64,000 nt of DNA from assembly GCF_036321535.1 (NCBI RefSeq), contig NC_087436.1, forward strand, positions 83,702,001 through 83,766,000. Reading direction: 5' to 3'. Each line of letters opens with the position of its first letter. Positions within the stretch are counted from its first letter, which is position 1. The position numbers were made by a program, and so were the translations under genes. Of the stretch, positions 1-13,672 are shown one piece after another. The stretch comes from Camelus dromedarius. Lineage: Eukaryota. Under the pieces are notes generated by a model. The model did not search any database and had not been told where the DNA came from. It saw only the letters and a program-made list of their open reading frames with translations.

Positions 1-269
1 AAAAGAACAAGTTAAATGACAGTGAGGAAACAGACAAATTAGGAATCAGGGCCATTCTAACAGACAGCTAGCCTGGAATTTTTGAAACATTAATGTTATG
101 AGGAAAAGACTAATTCTAGATTTCAAAGAAAATACACAAGCTTCAAATGTAATATATGAATATTGACTGGTTCCTGGCTGAAAAATAGAAGAAAAAAGTA
201 GCCAATTTTCCATGGGACAACTAAGGAAATTTGAATATGTGTTGTACATTAGATGGAATTACTATAAAG

Positions 270-3200
270 GTGGATTCTGCAGCAGCAGAGTTTGTGGCTG
301 GGCACTTATGGAGGAGAGGCTGACACCTAAGCCAATTGTTGGTGCTCCCACAGCAGGTGTAGCTTTGACGAGCTTTGAGGGCATGCACTTTGGGAGTACA
401 CACGAGCCAGAGGTGGAACTGAGGCCGAGCAGTTTATTGGTGCTCCCACAGCAGAGGCGGGTCGGGTAACAGCTACAGCAGCAGTGATTTTCATGAGCCC
501 CGCACACCAAGTGGTGTGTGGCATCACGGTCTCATGACCTGCTAACAGCTCCTAGGAAGAACACACAGCAACCCTTTTTCCAGAGAAGTCTTCCAGTCCT
601 GCCCACCTCACGTTGCTGCTTAGAACCACATGATGACACCTACTACAACAACTGGAGGGCAGACGCTGCCCCCAACAGGACTGTGACAACCACATAGCAA
701 AGAGAAGGCCCCATTCAACATCCAGCACAGGCTCTGGTCACCATTACACCAAACACACCCTATCAAGAGAACAACAGCCAGCACACTGAGGGAATATGTG
801 GCAGGCATCCATAACAAAAACAGCCCTCACACCAAAAATATTGGACTCACACAGTGCACAGGGATGCTCCCACATAAAACCAGCCCTTCAAGACCAAAGT
901 AGGTAATTGTTTCTCCTAAATTCATAGAGCCAGAGAAATATAGGAAAAATGAAAAAGCAGAGGAATTACTCCCAGTTAAAAGAATGAGAGAAATCCCCTG
1001 AAAGAACAATGAAACAGATCTCTCTGGTCTCCCAGGCCCCAACTTCAAAAAGGAGGTAATAAAAATGCTAAAGGAATTAAGAAAGATGATCTATAGAAAT
1101 GCAGATCACTGTAATAAGGAACTAGAAACTATAAAGAGAAACCAATTAATGCACAAGATGAAAAAGTGATCTGGAAGATGGAGTAATGGAAATAACCCAC
1201 TCAGAACAGCAGAGAAAATGACAAATGAAAAAAATGGAAAGAAAGCAACACATGAGACCTATGAGATAACATGCATAGATTGTCATGCTTTATAGGGATT
1301 CCAGAAGGAGAAGGGAAAAGAAGATCAAAAATGTATTTGAAGAAATTATGGCTGAAAACTTTCCAAACCTAAAGAAGGAAACAGATAACCAGGTACAGGA
1401 AGCACAAAGGGCCCAAACAAGATGAACCCAAACAGACCTATACCAAGGCGTATCATAATTAAAGTGGCAAAAGTTAAAGATAAAGAGAGGATTTTAAAGG
1501 CAGCAAGAGAAAAAGTCATTTACAAGGGAACCCCCATAAGGCTATCAGCTTGTATCTCTGCAGAATCTTTGCAGGACAGAAGGGAATGGCCATGATATAT
1601 TCAAATTCCTGAAAGGAAAAAACCTGCAACCTAGAATAATTTACCCAGCAAGATTATCATTTAGAATAGAAGGAGAGGTAAAGAATTTCTCACATGAGCA
1701 AAAACTAAAAGAATTAAGTAATACTAAATTTACCCTAAGAGAATACTGGAAGATCTTCTTTACAAAGAAAAGCAGCAAGAATCTATACAAAAGGGAAAGT
1801 CATAATAGGAAATGCAAACATATAAAAGGATTGAAATCACTTAAAAAGCCAGCATGCAGATTAAAAATAAAAAATGTAAAAGCAATTATAACCACAGTAA
1901 ATAAAAAGTGTAAGCATGAAGATGTAAAATAAGACATTAAAATGACAAAATGTGGAAGGAGGGGAGTATAAAAATGTAGATCTTTTAGAATGTATTTGAA
2001 TTTTTATGACTATCAGTTTAAAGAAAGTAGATATAGTTATGGGTCAACATACTTGAACTCCATGGTAACCACAAATCAAAACCATAACACAGATTCACAA
2101 AACCCAAAAAGAAAGGAACTCAAGAACACTACAAAAGTAAATCAAACCACAAAAGGAAAAGCACAAAGAAGAAATGAAGAAAAAGTACAAAGACAATTGG
2201 GAAACAATGATTAAAATGGCAATAAGTACATTTCTATCAATAATTATTTTAAATGTCAATGGACTAAATGCATGGATCAAAAGACAATGGCAGACTGGAT
2301 TAAAAAAACAAGAACCTGCAGTATGCTGCCTACGAGAGACTCAGTTCAGCATAAAAGACATAGACTGGAGTAAGGAGATGGAAAAAGATATTTCATGCAA
2401 ATGGAAAAAAACAAGAAAGTGGGGAAAGAAATACTCTTATCAGACAAAAGAGACTAAGACAAAGGTCATAAGACAAAGAAGGGCAATATATAATGATAAG
2501 GGGATCAATCCAAGATGAGGATATTACACATGTTATCATACACTCAACCAATACAGGAGCATCTAAATATATAAAGCAAATACTAACAGACATAAAGTGA
2601 GAAACTACAATAATACAATAAATAGTAGGAGATCGTAACACCTCATTGACATCAATGGACAGATCATCAGTAACACAACAAAGGTCCTAAATGACACAAC
2701 AGGCCAATTGGACTTCATTGGTATCTACAGGACACGACCTCCAAAAAATACATATTCTTTTCAAGCACACATGGAACATTCTCTAGGACAGACTACATAC
2801 TAGGTCACAAAACAAACCTCAACAAATTTAAGTAGAAATTATTTCAAACATTTTTTCTGACCACAATAGTGTAAAACTAGAAAACAACAGGAAAAAAAAA
2901 AATGGGAAGAGAACAGACACATGGAGACTAAACAGCATGCTACTAAAAAACCAATAAGTCAAAAAAGAATCCTGAAAATACCTTGATACAAACAACAATG
3001 AAAACAGAACTTTACAAAATCTATGACACAGCAAAAGCAGTTCTAAGAGGGAAGTTCATAGCAATATAGGCTTTCCTCAAACAAGAAAAATCTCAAATAA
3101 ACAACTTAACCTATCACCTAAAAGAATTAGAAAAAGAACAAAAAACTCAGAGTCAGCATAAAGAAGGAAATAAAGATTAGAGAAGAATTGGAGATTTAAA

Positions 3201-5845
3201 AACAGAAAAAAAGCAATAAAACCAAGAGCAGGCTTTCCCAAAAGATAAACAAAATCAACAAGCCTTTAGCTGGGCTCACCAAGAAGAAAAGAGGACCCAA
3301 ATAAATAAGAAGTGAAAGAGAAGACATAACAACCAACACACACACACACACAAATCCTAAGAGAATACCATGAACAGTTATACACCGACAAATTGGACAA
3401 CCTAGAAGAAATGGACAAGTTTCTAGAAACATACAGCCTGACAAGAATGAGTCAAGAAGAAACAGATAGTTTAAACAGACCAATCACTGAAAGTGAAACA
3501 GAATTGCTAATTGGAAAAAAAAAAAATATCCCTGGAAACAAAAGTCCAGGACTGGATGGCTTCACTGGGGATTCCTACCAAACATACAAAGAATTTGTAC
3601 CTATCCTTCTCAAACTCTTCCAAAAAGATTGAAGAGAAAGGAACATTCCCAAAATCATTCAGTGAAGCCACCATCACCTTGATAACAAAATATAAAAAAG
3701 TAAAATTATAGGCCAGTATCTTTGATGAATACAGATGCAAATATTCTCAACAAAATACCAGCAAACTGAACTGAACAATACAAAAAGGATGATACACCAT
3801 GGTCAAGTTGGATTCATTCCAGGGTCACAAGGATGGTTCAACATAGGCAAATTAAAGTGATATATCACATTTTAAAAAAGGAAAGACAGAAACCACATGA
3901 TCATCTCAACCAACAGAGAAAAAGCATTTGACAAAATTCAACACTTATTCAGGATAAAAAGTCACCAAAGTAGGTGTAGAGGGAACACCTCAAGATGATA
4001 AAGGCCATTTACAGCAAACCCACAGCCAAACATAATACTCAGTGATGAAAAACTAAAAGCCTTACTGCTAAATTCAGGCACAAGACAAGGATGCCTACTT
4101 TCACCACTTCTTTTCAACACAGTATTGGAAGTCTTAGCCAAGGCAATCAGACAAGAAAAGTAAAAGGAATCCAAATTTAAAAGGAAGGGGTAAAACTGTC
4201 ACTATTTGCAGATGACATGATATTCTATATTAAGAACCCTAAAGTCTCCACATAGAAACTGCTAGAACTAATAATCCAGCAAGGTAGCAGGATACAGGAT
4301 TAATATACATAAATTTAGTGTGTTTCCTTACACTAAGAATAAAACATCAAGAAGACAGTCTCTTCAGCAAGTTGTATTGGGAAAATTAGATGGCCACATA
4401 TAAATCAATGAAGTTAGAATACTCCCTTCACAGCATACACAAAAATAAACTCAAAATGTCTTAAAGACTTAAATACAAGACATGACACCATGAAACTCCT
4501 AGAAGAGAACATAGGCAAAACATTCACATAAATCGAAGCAATATTTTCTCAGCAATATTTCCTTAGATCAGTCTCCCAAGGCAAAAGAAATAAAAGCAAA
4601 AATAAACAAATGGGACCTAATCAAACTTATAAGCTTTTGCACAGCAAAGGAAACCATAAACAAACAAAAAAACCCTATAGACTGGGAGAAAATATTTGCA
4701 AACAATGTGACTAACAAGGGCCTAATTTCTAAAATATATACACAGTTCATACATCTCAACATCAAGCAAACAATCCAGTATGAACTTGTTGTTTATCTGT
4801 TATATATATATTAGTATCTGAAAAAGAATATGAAATGAATATATGCATGTTCATGTATGACTGAAGCATTATGTTGTACACCAGAAACTGACACAACATT
4901 GTAAACTGACTACGCTTCAATAAAAAAAAAATCATACAATGGAAAAAAAAAAACAATTCAATCAAAAAATGAACTGACGACCTAAATAGACATTTCTCCA
5001 AAAAAGATACCCAGGTGGACAAAAGGCACAAGAAAAGATGCTCAGCATCTCTAATTACCAGAAAAACGCAAACAAAAACTTCACATCTGTCAGAATGTCC
5101 ATCATCAAAAAGTCTACTAATAAATGCTGGAGAGGGTGTGGAGAAAAGGAATCCTTGTACACTGTTGAGGGGAATGTAAATTGGTACAGCCACTATGGAA
5201 AACAGCATGAGATTCCTTAAAAAACTAAGAAGAGAGCTACCATGTTATCCAGCAATTCCACTCCTGGGCATATAGCCAGAAAAAATAAAAACTCTAATTA
5301 AAAAAGATACATGTACCCCAATGTTCACAGCAGCACTGTAATAGCCAAGATACGGAAACAATCCAAGTGCCCATCCAAAGATAACTGGCTAAAGAAGGTG
5401 TGATAAACATACGCACACAATGACTGGATTACTCAGTCACAAAAAAGAATGAAATATTGCCATCTGTAGCAACATATTTGGACCTAGAGAATATTATGCT
5501 TAGTAAAGTAAGTCAGACAGAGAAAGACAAATGTATCACTTATACATGGTATCTAAAAAATAATACAATGACTCTATATATAAAACAGACTCACAGACAT
5601 AGAAAACAAATTTATGGTTACCAAAGAGGGAGGGAGGAACAAATTAGGAGTATGAGGTTAACAGATACGAACTACTATACATAACATAGATGAGGAACAG
5701 GGGTTTACTGTATAGCACAGGAATTATATTCAATATCTTGTAACAATCTATAATGGAATATAATCTGTAAAAACCTAAATCACTATGCTGTACACCTAAA
5801 ATTAACACAATATTGTCAATCAGCTATACTTTAATAAAAAACACT
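270..5845 (+). mobile_element. Near-full-length decayed LINE-1: 5'UTR ~270-945, ORF1 remnant ~950-1790, ORF2 remnant ~2215-5560, 3'UTR/poly(A) to ~5845
   Basis: ORF2-like pieces IILNVNGLNA (endonuclease start), [13 protein letters not shown] and [28 protein letters not shown] (LFADDM) at ~4202; [16 protein letters not shown] plus A-tail at ~5833. Many stops and frameshifts. Confidence 0.95.
4778..4950 (+). mobile_element. Short nested L1 3'-end insertion with a 5' inversion
   Basis: L1 3'UTR plus poly(A) interrupting host ORF2; flanking repeat AAACAATCCA (4768-4777) / AAACAATTCA (4951-4960). Confidence 0.8.
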
Positions 5846-6264
5846 TTTTTAAATGATGAAGAAATAGAGACCTCCCAAAGAGATTCCTTGCTAACAAAGA
5901 GCAACATCATTTTTCACAATTAGGAGGGAAAGGAATATGTTCTCTTCAAACTACAATTAGAAAATTAACAATAACAGTTGTAGGGTTATTCTTACAGAGA
6001 TGTGGACAACTCCGTTAGCCTGGATAGGGCTGCAGCACTGGGAAAGCACTCCATTGGAAAACAGGGTACCTGGGCTTGAACCCTGGTTTTCCTACTGACT
6101 TGGACATTTTCACAAGGAATGTCATTCTCTTTGGTCAAGTGTGAAGCTTAGGAAAGGGGCAAACGCAACCCTGGACAACATATGTTCTTTGTCCAGCCAC
6201 ACAGCTAAGTCAAGCTTATGCATCACCAGGAGGACAATACTGCAGTCAGGGACCCTCACATTCA

Positions 6265-6440
6265 ACCTGCTGACCTTAGAGAAGTTTTCATCTATACCAA
6301 CACTGGGTCCTTGTCATTTAAAATGCAATAGTACCACCTACTTTAAAGTGTTATGAGAGTTTAAACATTATTTAAAATAATGTAGAAGGTATGAGATTTT
6401 AAAATAACGTAGAAAGTATGTAAAAGCATCTATCACAGAA
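6265..6440 (+). mobile_element. MIR fragment with a small internal tandem duplication
   Basis: MIR core-like TGACCTTAGAGAAGTT...TTATGAGAGTTTAAA; TTTAAAATAAYGTAGAARGTATG occurs twice (~6371-6420). Confidence 0.55.
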
Positions 6441-6509
6441 TCAGAAGACACTTTATGCTGAAAAATGATTAAGAATTTATTTGCGGTAACAAATTCTTTC
6501 CAAGGACAC

Positions 6510-7000
6510 TGTGGAAGAGTTGGCAGTTGCCTAGCAATGGGTAATTTTCCTCTTCTCTCTTAACAACAGAACTCTGATTTTGTTGGAGGGTCAGGAGCAA
6601 AGTCCCGAGTTGAAATATACCCACCTCCCCTGTAGCATCATATCCTTGAAGATACGGGTGACTACGTATCTAAGTTTGGCCAATGAGATGTAAGCAGAAG
6701 TTGTTAACAGGACCACCAGAAATATTGCTTTAAAAAGAGGCCAACTCATTTTTTTTTCCTATATTCCTGTTTTCTGCTTAGATCACAGTTGTAATGCCTG
6801 GGAGCCAGCCTGTGACTACGTAACGGTCCAGAAGCTAGAAGCTAAGCTCTAAGGACAGTAAAACAGGGGGGAAAAAAGGTGGGAGACTCACAACCTGATA
6901 ACATCACAGAATCAGCCTGGAATACCCATCTATGGACTTCTTTTATATAAGAGAAAAAAAAATCGGTTTCAAATAATGCTCTGTTAGAAAGTCAGCAATT
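6510..7000 (+). mobile_element. Old MaLR LTR (MLT1-like)
   Basis: AACAGAACTCTGATTTTGTT, TGGCCAATGAGATGTAAGCAGAAGT and TGGACTTCTTTTATATAAGAGAAAA are typical of MLT1H/I/J. Confidence 0.65.
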
Positions 7001-8264
7001 ATTTATTGAACATACTGTTAGGTCAAGAAAATCACAAGTTTCCTATAAATCAGTTTTTCCAAATCTAGCTCATTAACTTAAAAAACCCAAAGCACTTTTT
7101 GGATATCTTATTCGTTGCCCTTACACAGATTATCAATGTGCATTGTAGAGCTAAACAACAGTTCTTAACCTGGAATCCACAGATCAGGAATCCTTAAAAT
7201 ACATGAAACATCAAATTTTTAGAAATCATATTCTCAAGAGGTCTATGATCTGAAAAATTAAGATCTAAGAATCTTTAGACATCAATAGAAAAGTTAGGTT
7301 TAATTAAAATTTTTAAAAAATAACTCATTTCTCTATCCAAACACTTAAAATACCTCGAATCACTGTGTATCTCATGTCAACTAATTTCCACCACTTAGAC
7401 TAGAAAAGATTAAAGAATCCTTATTACCTAGTATTATTGGAATGTTAAAGAAACTATTAAGAACAAACCCAATAAGAATCTTCTGAATTTTCTCACTTCT
7501 CTTTCTGAAACCACACAGATTAAGATGAATAAAAGTCAATCAACAGAACGCAGAAAAGTTATAGACTCCAGTTGTGTATTACTGCTGCAAAAGGTAAAGA
7601 CAGGGCAGAAAACATAGAGCAGACATCACACCAGCACTATGGGGAGTCTGGAGAGGACCAGCAGGAGTCCAGACATGCAAGCTCTTTAAAAGCACCTACA
7701 AATATTTATTACTTTAAAGACAGAGCACATGGTGAGAGGGAGCTCAACAAGGCTCACCTGCTTAGAGGAAGAGGCGAAAGATGACACACAAAGTACCCAC
7801 AGGGATCCCAACAGGTGGCTACCAGGAAGCACAAGAAAAATATGCCCCCAATAGTGAGTGCATCACCTTGGAGGGCAATTTTGTGAAGAAAAGGCAGCAG
7901 AGCTCTCCTGACCCAGGTTAGTTTCAGAGAGGTGAAGGAGAGATGGCCGAACACAAGGGCCACATTTAAGGAAACAGTCCTTTGGCAGCAAGAGAGGAGG
8001 CAGTCCCAGGGCTGTAAAACTTGAAAAGCTACCTTGGCCTCTCATCACTATACCCCACAGGAACCTCTTGATACTGGTATCACAAACACCAATCTCACTG
8101 AAATGTGAGGAAGAAAAATGGAACACAGCCAGCAACTAAACAGAGACAGTATTTTTTAAAAAGTATAAAAGATCATCGTGACTTTCTTGAAATAACTCAT
8201 CAGAAAAATGTTGCCAAGAAACAGATGAAAACCGTAACCTAACAAAAACAACAAAAGTTAACAA

Positions 8265-9318
8265 GGAAATGATACCAAGAGCACATGCAACAATGACAAA
8301 GATAAACTGGATTTCATTAAAATGAAAACCTTTTGTGCATCCAAAAACATTAACAAGAGTGAAAAGACAACCACAGAACAGGAAAAAGTATTTGCAAATC
8401 ATCTATCTGATACAGGTTTAATATCCAGAATATGTTTAAGAACACCTACAACTCAGTAACTACAACAACAAACCCATTTCAAAAAATGGGTAAATGACTT
8501 AGAGACTTCTCCAAAGAAGACACACAAGTAGTTAATAAGCAAATAAAAAGATGCTCAATTTCAGTAGTCATTAGGGATTCGCAAATCAAAACCAAAATTA
8601 GATACACTTCACATTCATTAAGATAGTTATTATCAAAAAAAAAAATCTAGAAAGTGAGTGCTGGATGGGATGTGGAAAAACTGAAACCCTTATGCATTGC
8701 TGGTGATGATGTAAAATGATACAGCACCAAGGCAAACAGGTGGTTCCTCAAAAAGTTAAATATAGGATTACCACATGATCCATCAATTACACGTCTGAGT
8801 ATGTGCCCTAAAATCAGAAACTCAGATACCTGTATACCAACGTTCACAGCAGCACTATTCACAACAGCCAAAAGTAGAAAATAACCCAAATGCCCATCAA
8901 CAGATGAAAACAAAATGTGGTGTATATACACAATGGAATATTGTTCAGTCTTATAAAGGAATGAAATTCTCATAACATGATATAACATAGATGAACTCTG
9001 AAAATGTTATGCAAAGTGAAATAAGCCAGACACACAAAAAACCCAAAACTGTATGATTCTACTTGTACAAGGGACCTAGAATAGGCAAATTCATAAACAT
9101 AAAGTAGGAGAATGGTTCCAGGGGCTGGGGTGGGGAGGGAGGACAGGGAGTTACTGTTTAGCGGGTATAGAGTTGGAGATGATGAAAAGGTTTTAGAAAT
9201 GGAAAATGGTAACAGTCACACAATACTGTGAATGTACTAAAGTCACTGAATTATAAACCTAAAAATAGTTAAAATGGTAAATTTTATGTCACATACATTT
9301 TACCACAATTTTTTTAAA
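8265..9318 (+). mobile_element. Old L1 (L1MB-like) ORF2 end and 3'UTR
   Basis: TTTGCAAATCATCTATCTGAT, CAGCACTATTCACAACAGCCAAAA, G-rich tract at 9121, ending AAAATGGTAAATTTTATGTC...TTACCACAATTTTTT. Confidence 0.85.
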
Positions 9319-9329
9319 GTTAATCAATT

Positions 9330-9800
9330 GATCACAATGATGAAAGGATACCACAAAACAGAAATACAAAAATTTAGGGAAGAGATAATCAGTCAAAAAG
9401 AGAATGTGAAATGGAGATCGGCAGAAATTAGCAAAGGAAGGAAAGGAGAAGACACAAACATTTCAGAAGTAAAGACTAAATTCTGATGAGCACAAAGGAG
9501 AAGAGAAACCACTGACAGCCCAGTAAGGGACATGGAAGACATAAATGAGGAAAGTAAACATAGTGAAACATTTAAAAAAATCTCAAGGATCTGATAGCTA
9601 CAAAAAGCAGTTAAATAAACTCCAAAATATGGGTTACTGAAGTCCCCAAAGAAGAAAACCAAATAATATCTTGGAGTAGAATAGTTAATGAAGTAGAATA
9701 TTTAGTAAATTAGAATATTTAAAGATGTAATTCACAAAAACTTTGTTTAAATAGAAGCCCTGAATCTATGAATTGAAATGGCACATCATACCCAGAACAG
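9330..9800 (+). mobile_element. Very old L1/HAL1 ORF1-like remnant
   Basis: A-rich coiled-coil-like coding traces; GAAGTCCCCAAAGAAGAAAAC and ATATTTAAAGATGTAATTCACAAAAACTTT resemble L1 ORF1. Confidence 0.45.
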
Positions 9801-10874
9801 TCCAACAAGGTAGTCAAGGAAAGAAAACACGAGCCAAAATGTAATAACCAATCAAGTTGTCCATCAACTATAAAAGCTACCGTTTGAATATACAAAGGCT
9901 AAAAGAATACTGTGCCCGTGACCCTTCCTTCCTTGAGAAAACCACCAGAGCACAAACTTTAACCAATTAATAAATGACTGGAGAGACTTTGATGAAAAGA
10001 CTGGCAAAGACATTTGAAAAGGAAATTTTAAAAAGAAATTAAAATTTTTTATTTCAAAAAATTAAGAAATAAAAATAAAAGTAAAAAATTTAAAGTATAT
10101 CCATGTTATGTGAAGAAGGAATGAAGAAACTGAAACAATTACACTCAAAAGGGAAGGCTTCGGTTAAAACACTTCCAGGTTTTAGAAAAGCTGCCCTTTG
10201 GTTCAGAGGACAAAATCAAAGTGAATGGCCATTACCTGGAGATAGATTTGAAGATACGTAAAGAAGAAATAGTTACTTCAAACAACAGTAGATTTTTGCG
10301 GGAGTTGGTGAAGTTCCTAGTAATCAAAGATAGGCAAAAACAATAATGATAGTATTTGTCATCCTTTCTACTTTTGGAGTGTTTTTTTTTTTTTTTAAAG
10401 AAAAGTAAATATTGATAAGAAGAAAAGAGGTAGGATATAAAGTCGTTCACATTTCTGGAGGGCAATTTGGCAACACCCAAGAAAAACTGGGGCTTCTGTC
10501 CCGGCCATCCTCTGAGCACAGAAGGGCAAGGAACAGTGAAGAAGACGCCTATCTTATGCAAATTGGAACCAAGATAGTTATAATATATTGTTAATTGGGG
10601 AAAAAAAAGAATGCTGCAAAACTAAGGTCAGGTATAAACTGTTTTTATAACTATACATACTCATAGAAAAAACTATAGGACCCTAAGCAAATATAGTACA
10701 GATTTGTTTTAGGGTTGTGGAATCATAGACGATTCTTATTTTCTTCTTTTTAATTACTTGTATATCCTAAATTTTATATAACAGAAATGTATTAACTATT
10801 ATACCAAGAAAAATTAAAAAGTTTTTATAAAAAGTTATATTCTCTATATAAAAAAGAAAGTCAGGACCAACTGC

Positions 10875-12158
10875 AGACTTCCAGTGATGATAGAGTAAAA
10901 GGGTCTGCAAATCTTCTCCTTAAAAAACAATACAAAACTGGGCAAAACTGTCAAAACAACCATTTCAGAGCTCTGGAAACTGACAGAAGGCAAAAAAAAA
11001 ACAAAAACAAAAACAAAAAAAAACCCACCAAAAAAAACAAAAACAAAAAAAAACCTGAACACTTATTCATGAAAAACTGATGAAGTTTAGTTTAGAACAG
11101 TGGGAGTTTTGGCATGCTTGCCTGGAACTGCTCCCAACCCCTCTGCCCTCAGACTGGGGAGGCACAGCAGTGCTAACACAGGGGGCCAACTGTGAAATCC
11201 AGCAGTACTGGTTTGGGCTGAATTGATTTAGAAGACTGGACAAAACCCTACACCCAGTGGATCATTTATCTGATAATGGACTTATATAAAAAGAACCCCT
11301 ACAACTCAACAAGAACAAACAGCCCGATAAAGGAATAGGCAAAAGACATGAACAGACATTTAACCAGACGATATACAACAGGTAATGTGCACATGAAGAT
11401 AAGCCCACCATCATTAGTCATTAAGAAACTGAGACAGAGCTACAAAGTCACTAGATTGGCTACAATAAGGAGAGTCCGATAGCACCATATGCTGGTGAGC
11501 ATATGGAGAACCTGGAACTCTCATACACTGATAACAGAAGTGTCAAATGGTGCAACCATTCTGGACAACACTGGCAGTTTCTAAAAATGTTAAACATAAA
11601 TTTACTCGGTGATGCAGCAATTCCACTCCTAGGTACCAACTTAACAGAAATGAAAATACATGTAGACACAAAGACCTGAATATGCATGTTCAGAGCAGCA
11701 TTATTTTCAACAGCCAAAACTGAAAACAATCCAAATGTCTATCAACTAGTGAATGGGCAAACAACATGTGACATGAGAGAAAATTATTCTGTTATAATAA
11801 AAAGGAAGAAAACTGAGACCTACAACAGGGATGAACTTCAAAAATATTATGCTAGTAAAGAAGCCAGTCACAAAAGAACATATATTTTATGATTCCATTT
11901 ATATCAAATGTCCAAAAAAGGCAAATATACAGAAATATCAAGTAAATTAGTGGTTGTCTGAAGTTGGGGGTGGTGGTGGGAATGTGAACTAACTGTAAAT
12001 GGGCACAAGGGAACTTACTGAAGTGATGAAGTGTTCTAAAACTACACAGTGGTGCTGTCTGCACAATCAGTAAATTTACTAAAAATCATATTGTACATTT
12101 TCAATGAGTATGTTTTAAGATATGTAAATTACACCTCAAAAGACCAGTTTAAAAAAAT
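10875..12158 (+). mobile_element. Old L1M composite: 5'UTR-like piece (~10875-11258) joined to ORF2 end and 3'UTR (~11260-12158)
   Basis: AAAACTGTCAAAACAACCATTTCAGAGCTCTGGAAA (L1M 5' end), then ATCATTTATCTGATAATGGACTT, CAGCAATTCCACTCCTAGGTA and AATTACACCTCAAAA. Confidence 0.75.
10992..11053. repeat. A-rich (AAAAAC)n-like microsatellite
   Basis: Read directly from the sequence. Confidence 0.85.
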
Positions 12159-13491
12159 AGAAAGCAGGTGCTTGGTAATGTACTGCCAAAATAAGACTGT
12201 CAGTAGAAGGAATATACTGAATATTAATTTGCTTTTAGAAACACCCCACATTCTTCATGATAATTGCACACTTTATCCATCTACAATAATTCTAGATGAA
12301 ATCAGTAAATTCTGGGGTAGCTGCCTTTGAAGTGACTGCTGCTATACCAACGTATAAAAAACCTGAAAGCACAGAAACATTCCTGTGCTTAGAATTCCTT
12401 GGTTATTTTGGAAAAGGGGCACAAGCTCTTAAAGTCACTAATTTTAAACCTTCTGTTCATCATTGCTGACAGTCTTAATAGAGCCAAATAGGATTTAAAC
12501 AGAAGAGAGGTTGCTATCAGTCAAATTTGAAAAATACTCTTGGAAAAGCTATACTTGCCATTGGTTCTCAGCAAGTTTAGCAGAATGTAAAGTCAGAAAC
12601 AGAAGAATGTTTTTTAAAAAGTTACAGAAACTCATTTCAGTTTAAGATCTAGCATAGTAAGAAGAGCCACATTGCTAAAACAAAAGATTCTAAAATATAT
12701 ACCTTCAGAAAAGCCAAATGTACTTAAAACTAATGATGCATGGAAGTACTTGAAAGCTTACACGATTTATCTACAGTGTAAACCACAGAAATAAAAATTT
12801 CTACATGAGATCATTTACATTTTAACTAAAACGAATTTCTTAAATATTAAAGGAGTTTCTGAATATTAAGACCAAAATTAAATTGATAAAAGACAATTTT
12901 ATATCAACATTCTTCTTGAACAACTCTTTTTTTTTCTTCCAGGATATCTTTTCCGCTGCTACTCTCTAAAAACATTTTTCCTAGAATGAACCATTTGGCG
13001 GAGTTCTATTGTATAATTTTAAGTGATTTATACATTTTTTCATACAGTGAAATGGAGTAGAAATTTAGCAAGCCTATAATAATATTCTCTAATTCCTTTA
13101 TTTTAAAAAAATTTGCTTTTTCCAGCTAAAAAGACTTTATTCACCAATTCAAATATTAGCACCCTCTCCCATGCCCCCCAGGGACCTAGCTTTATTATTA
13201 AGATCATGGCATACTGCCTCCAGCTTTACCTAATCATCCCATTCCTCATGAAGAGGAAGCCCTAGTGAAGGGAGTACAGGAGGAAAAAAGGGCATGTATG
13301 TGTTAAATTTCCAACAGTCTAACAAATGAAAGCGTCTAATTGGCTGAGAACTACAAATTCTGGGAACATACGCAAGGACTCACAGAACACTAGAACGTTT
13401 TGAGGGCATCTCACCTTACTAACTCTAATTCCACAACAGAATGCCTGTGACAAGTCAACTCATGACCACTCAGCTTTCCCTTTCTCACTTT

Positions 13492-13672
13492 TTTTTTTAA
13501 ACATTTTTTATTGATTTATAATCATTTTACAATGTTGTGTCAAATTCCAGTGTTCAGCACAATTTTTCAGTTATACATGAACATATATATATATTCACTG
13601 TCACATTTTTTTTCTCTGTGAGCTACCGTAAGATTTTCCCTGTGCTATACAGTATAATCTTGTTTATCTATT
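13492..13672 (-). mobile_element. Young lineage-specific L1 3' tail (181 bp) with a 13-bp target-site duplication (TSD)
   Basis: Poly(T) then ACATTTTTTATTGATTTATAATCATTTTACAATG, nearly identical to the L1 ends at ~48420 and ~48800; TSD CCTTTCTCACTTT at 13479-13491 and 13673-13685. Confidence 0.92.

Noticed and set aside
339..454. 18-bp direct repeat TTGGTGCTCCCACAGCAG about 98 bp apart
   Set aside because: Only two copies, inside the L1 5'UTR where monomer-like repeats are normal; not a CRISPR or other array.
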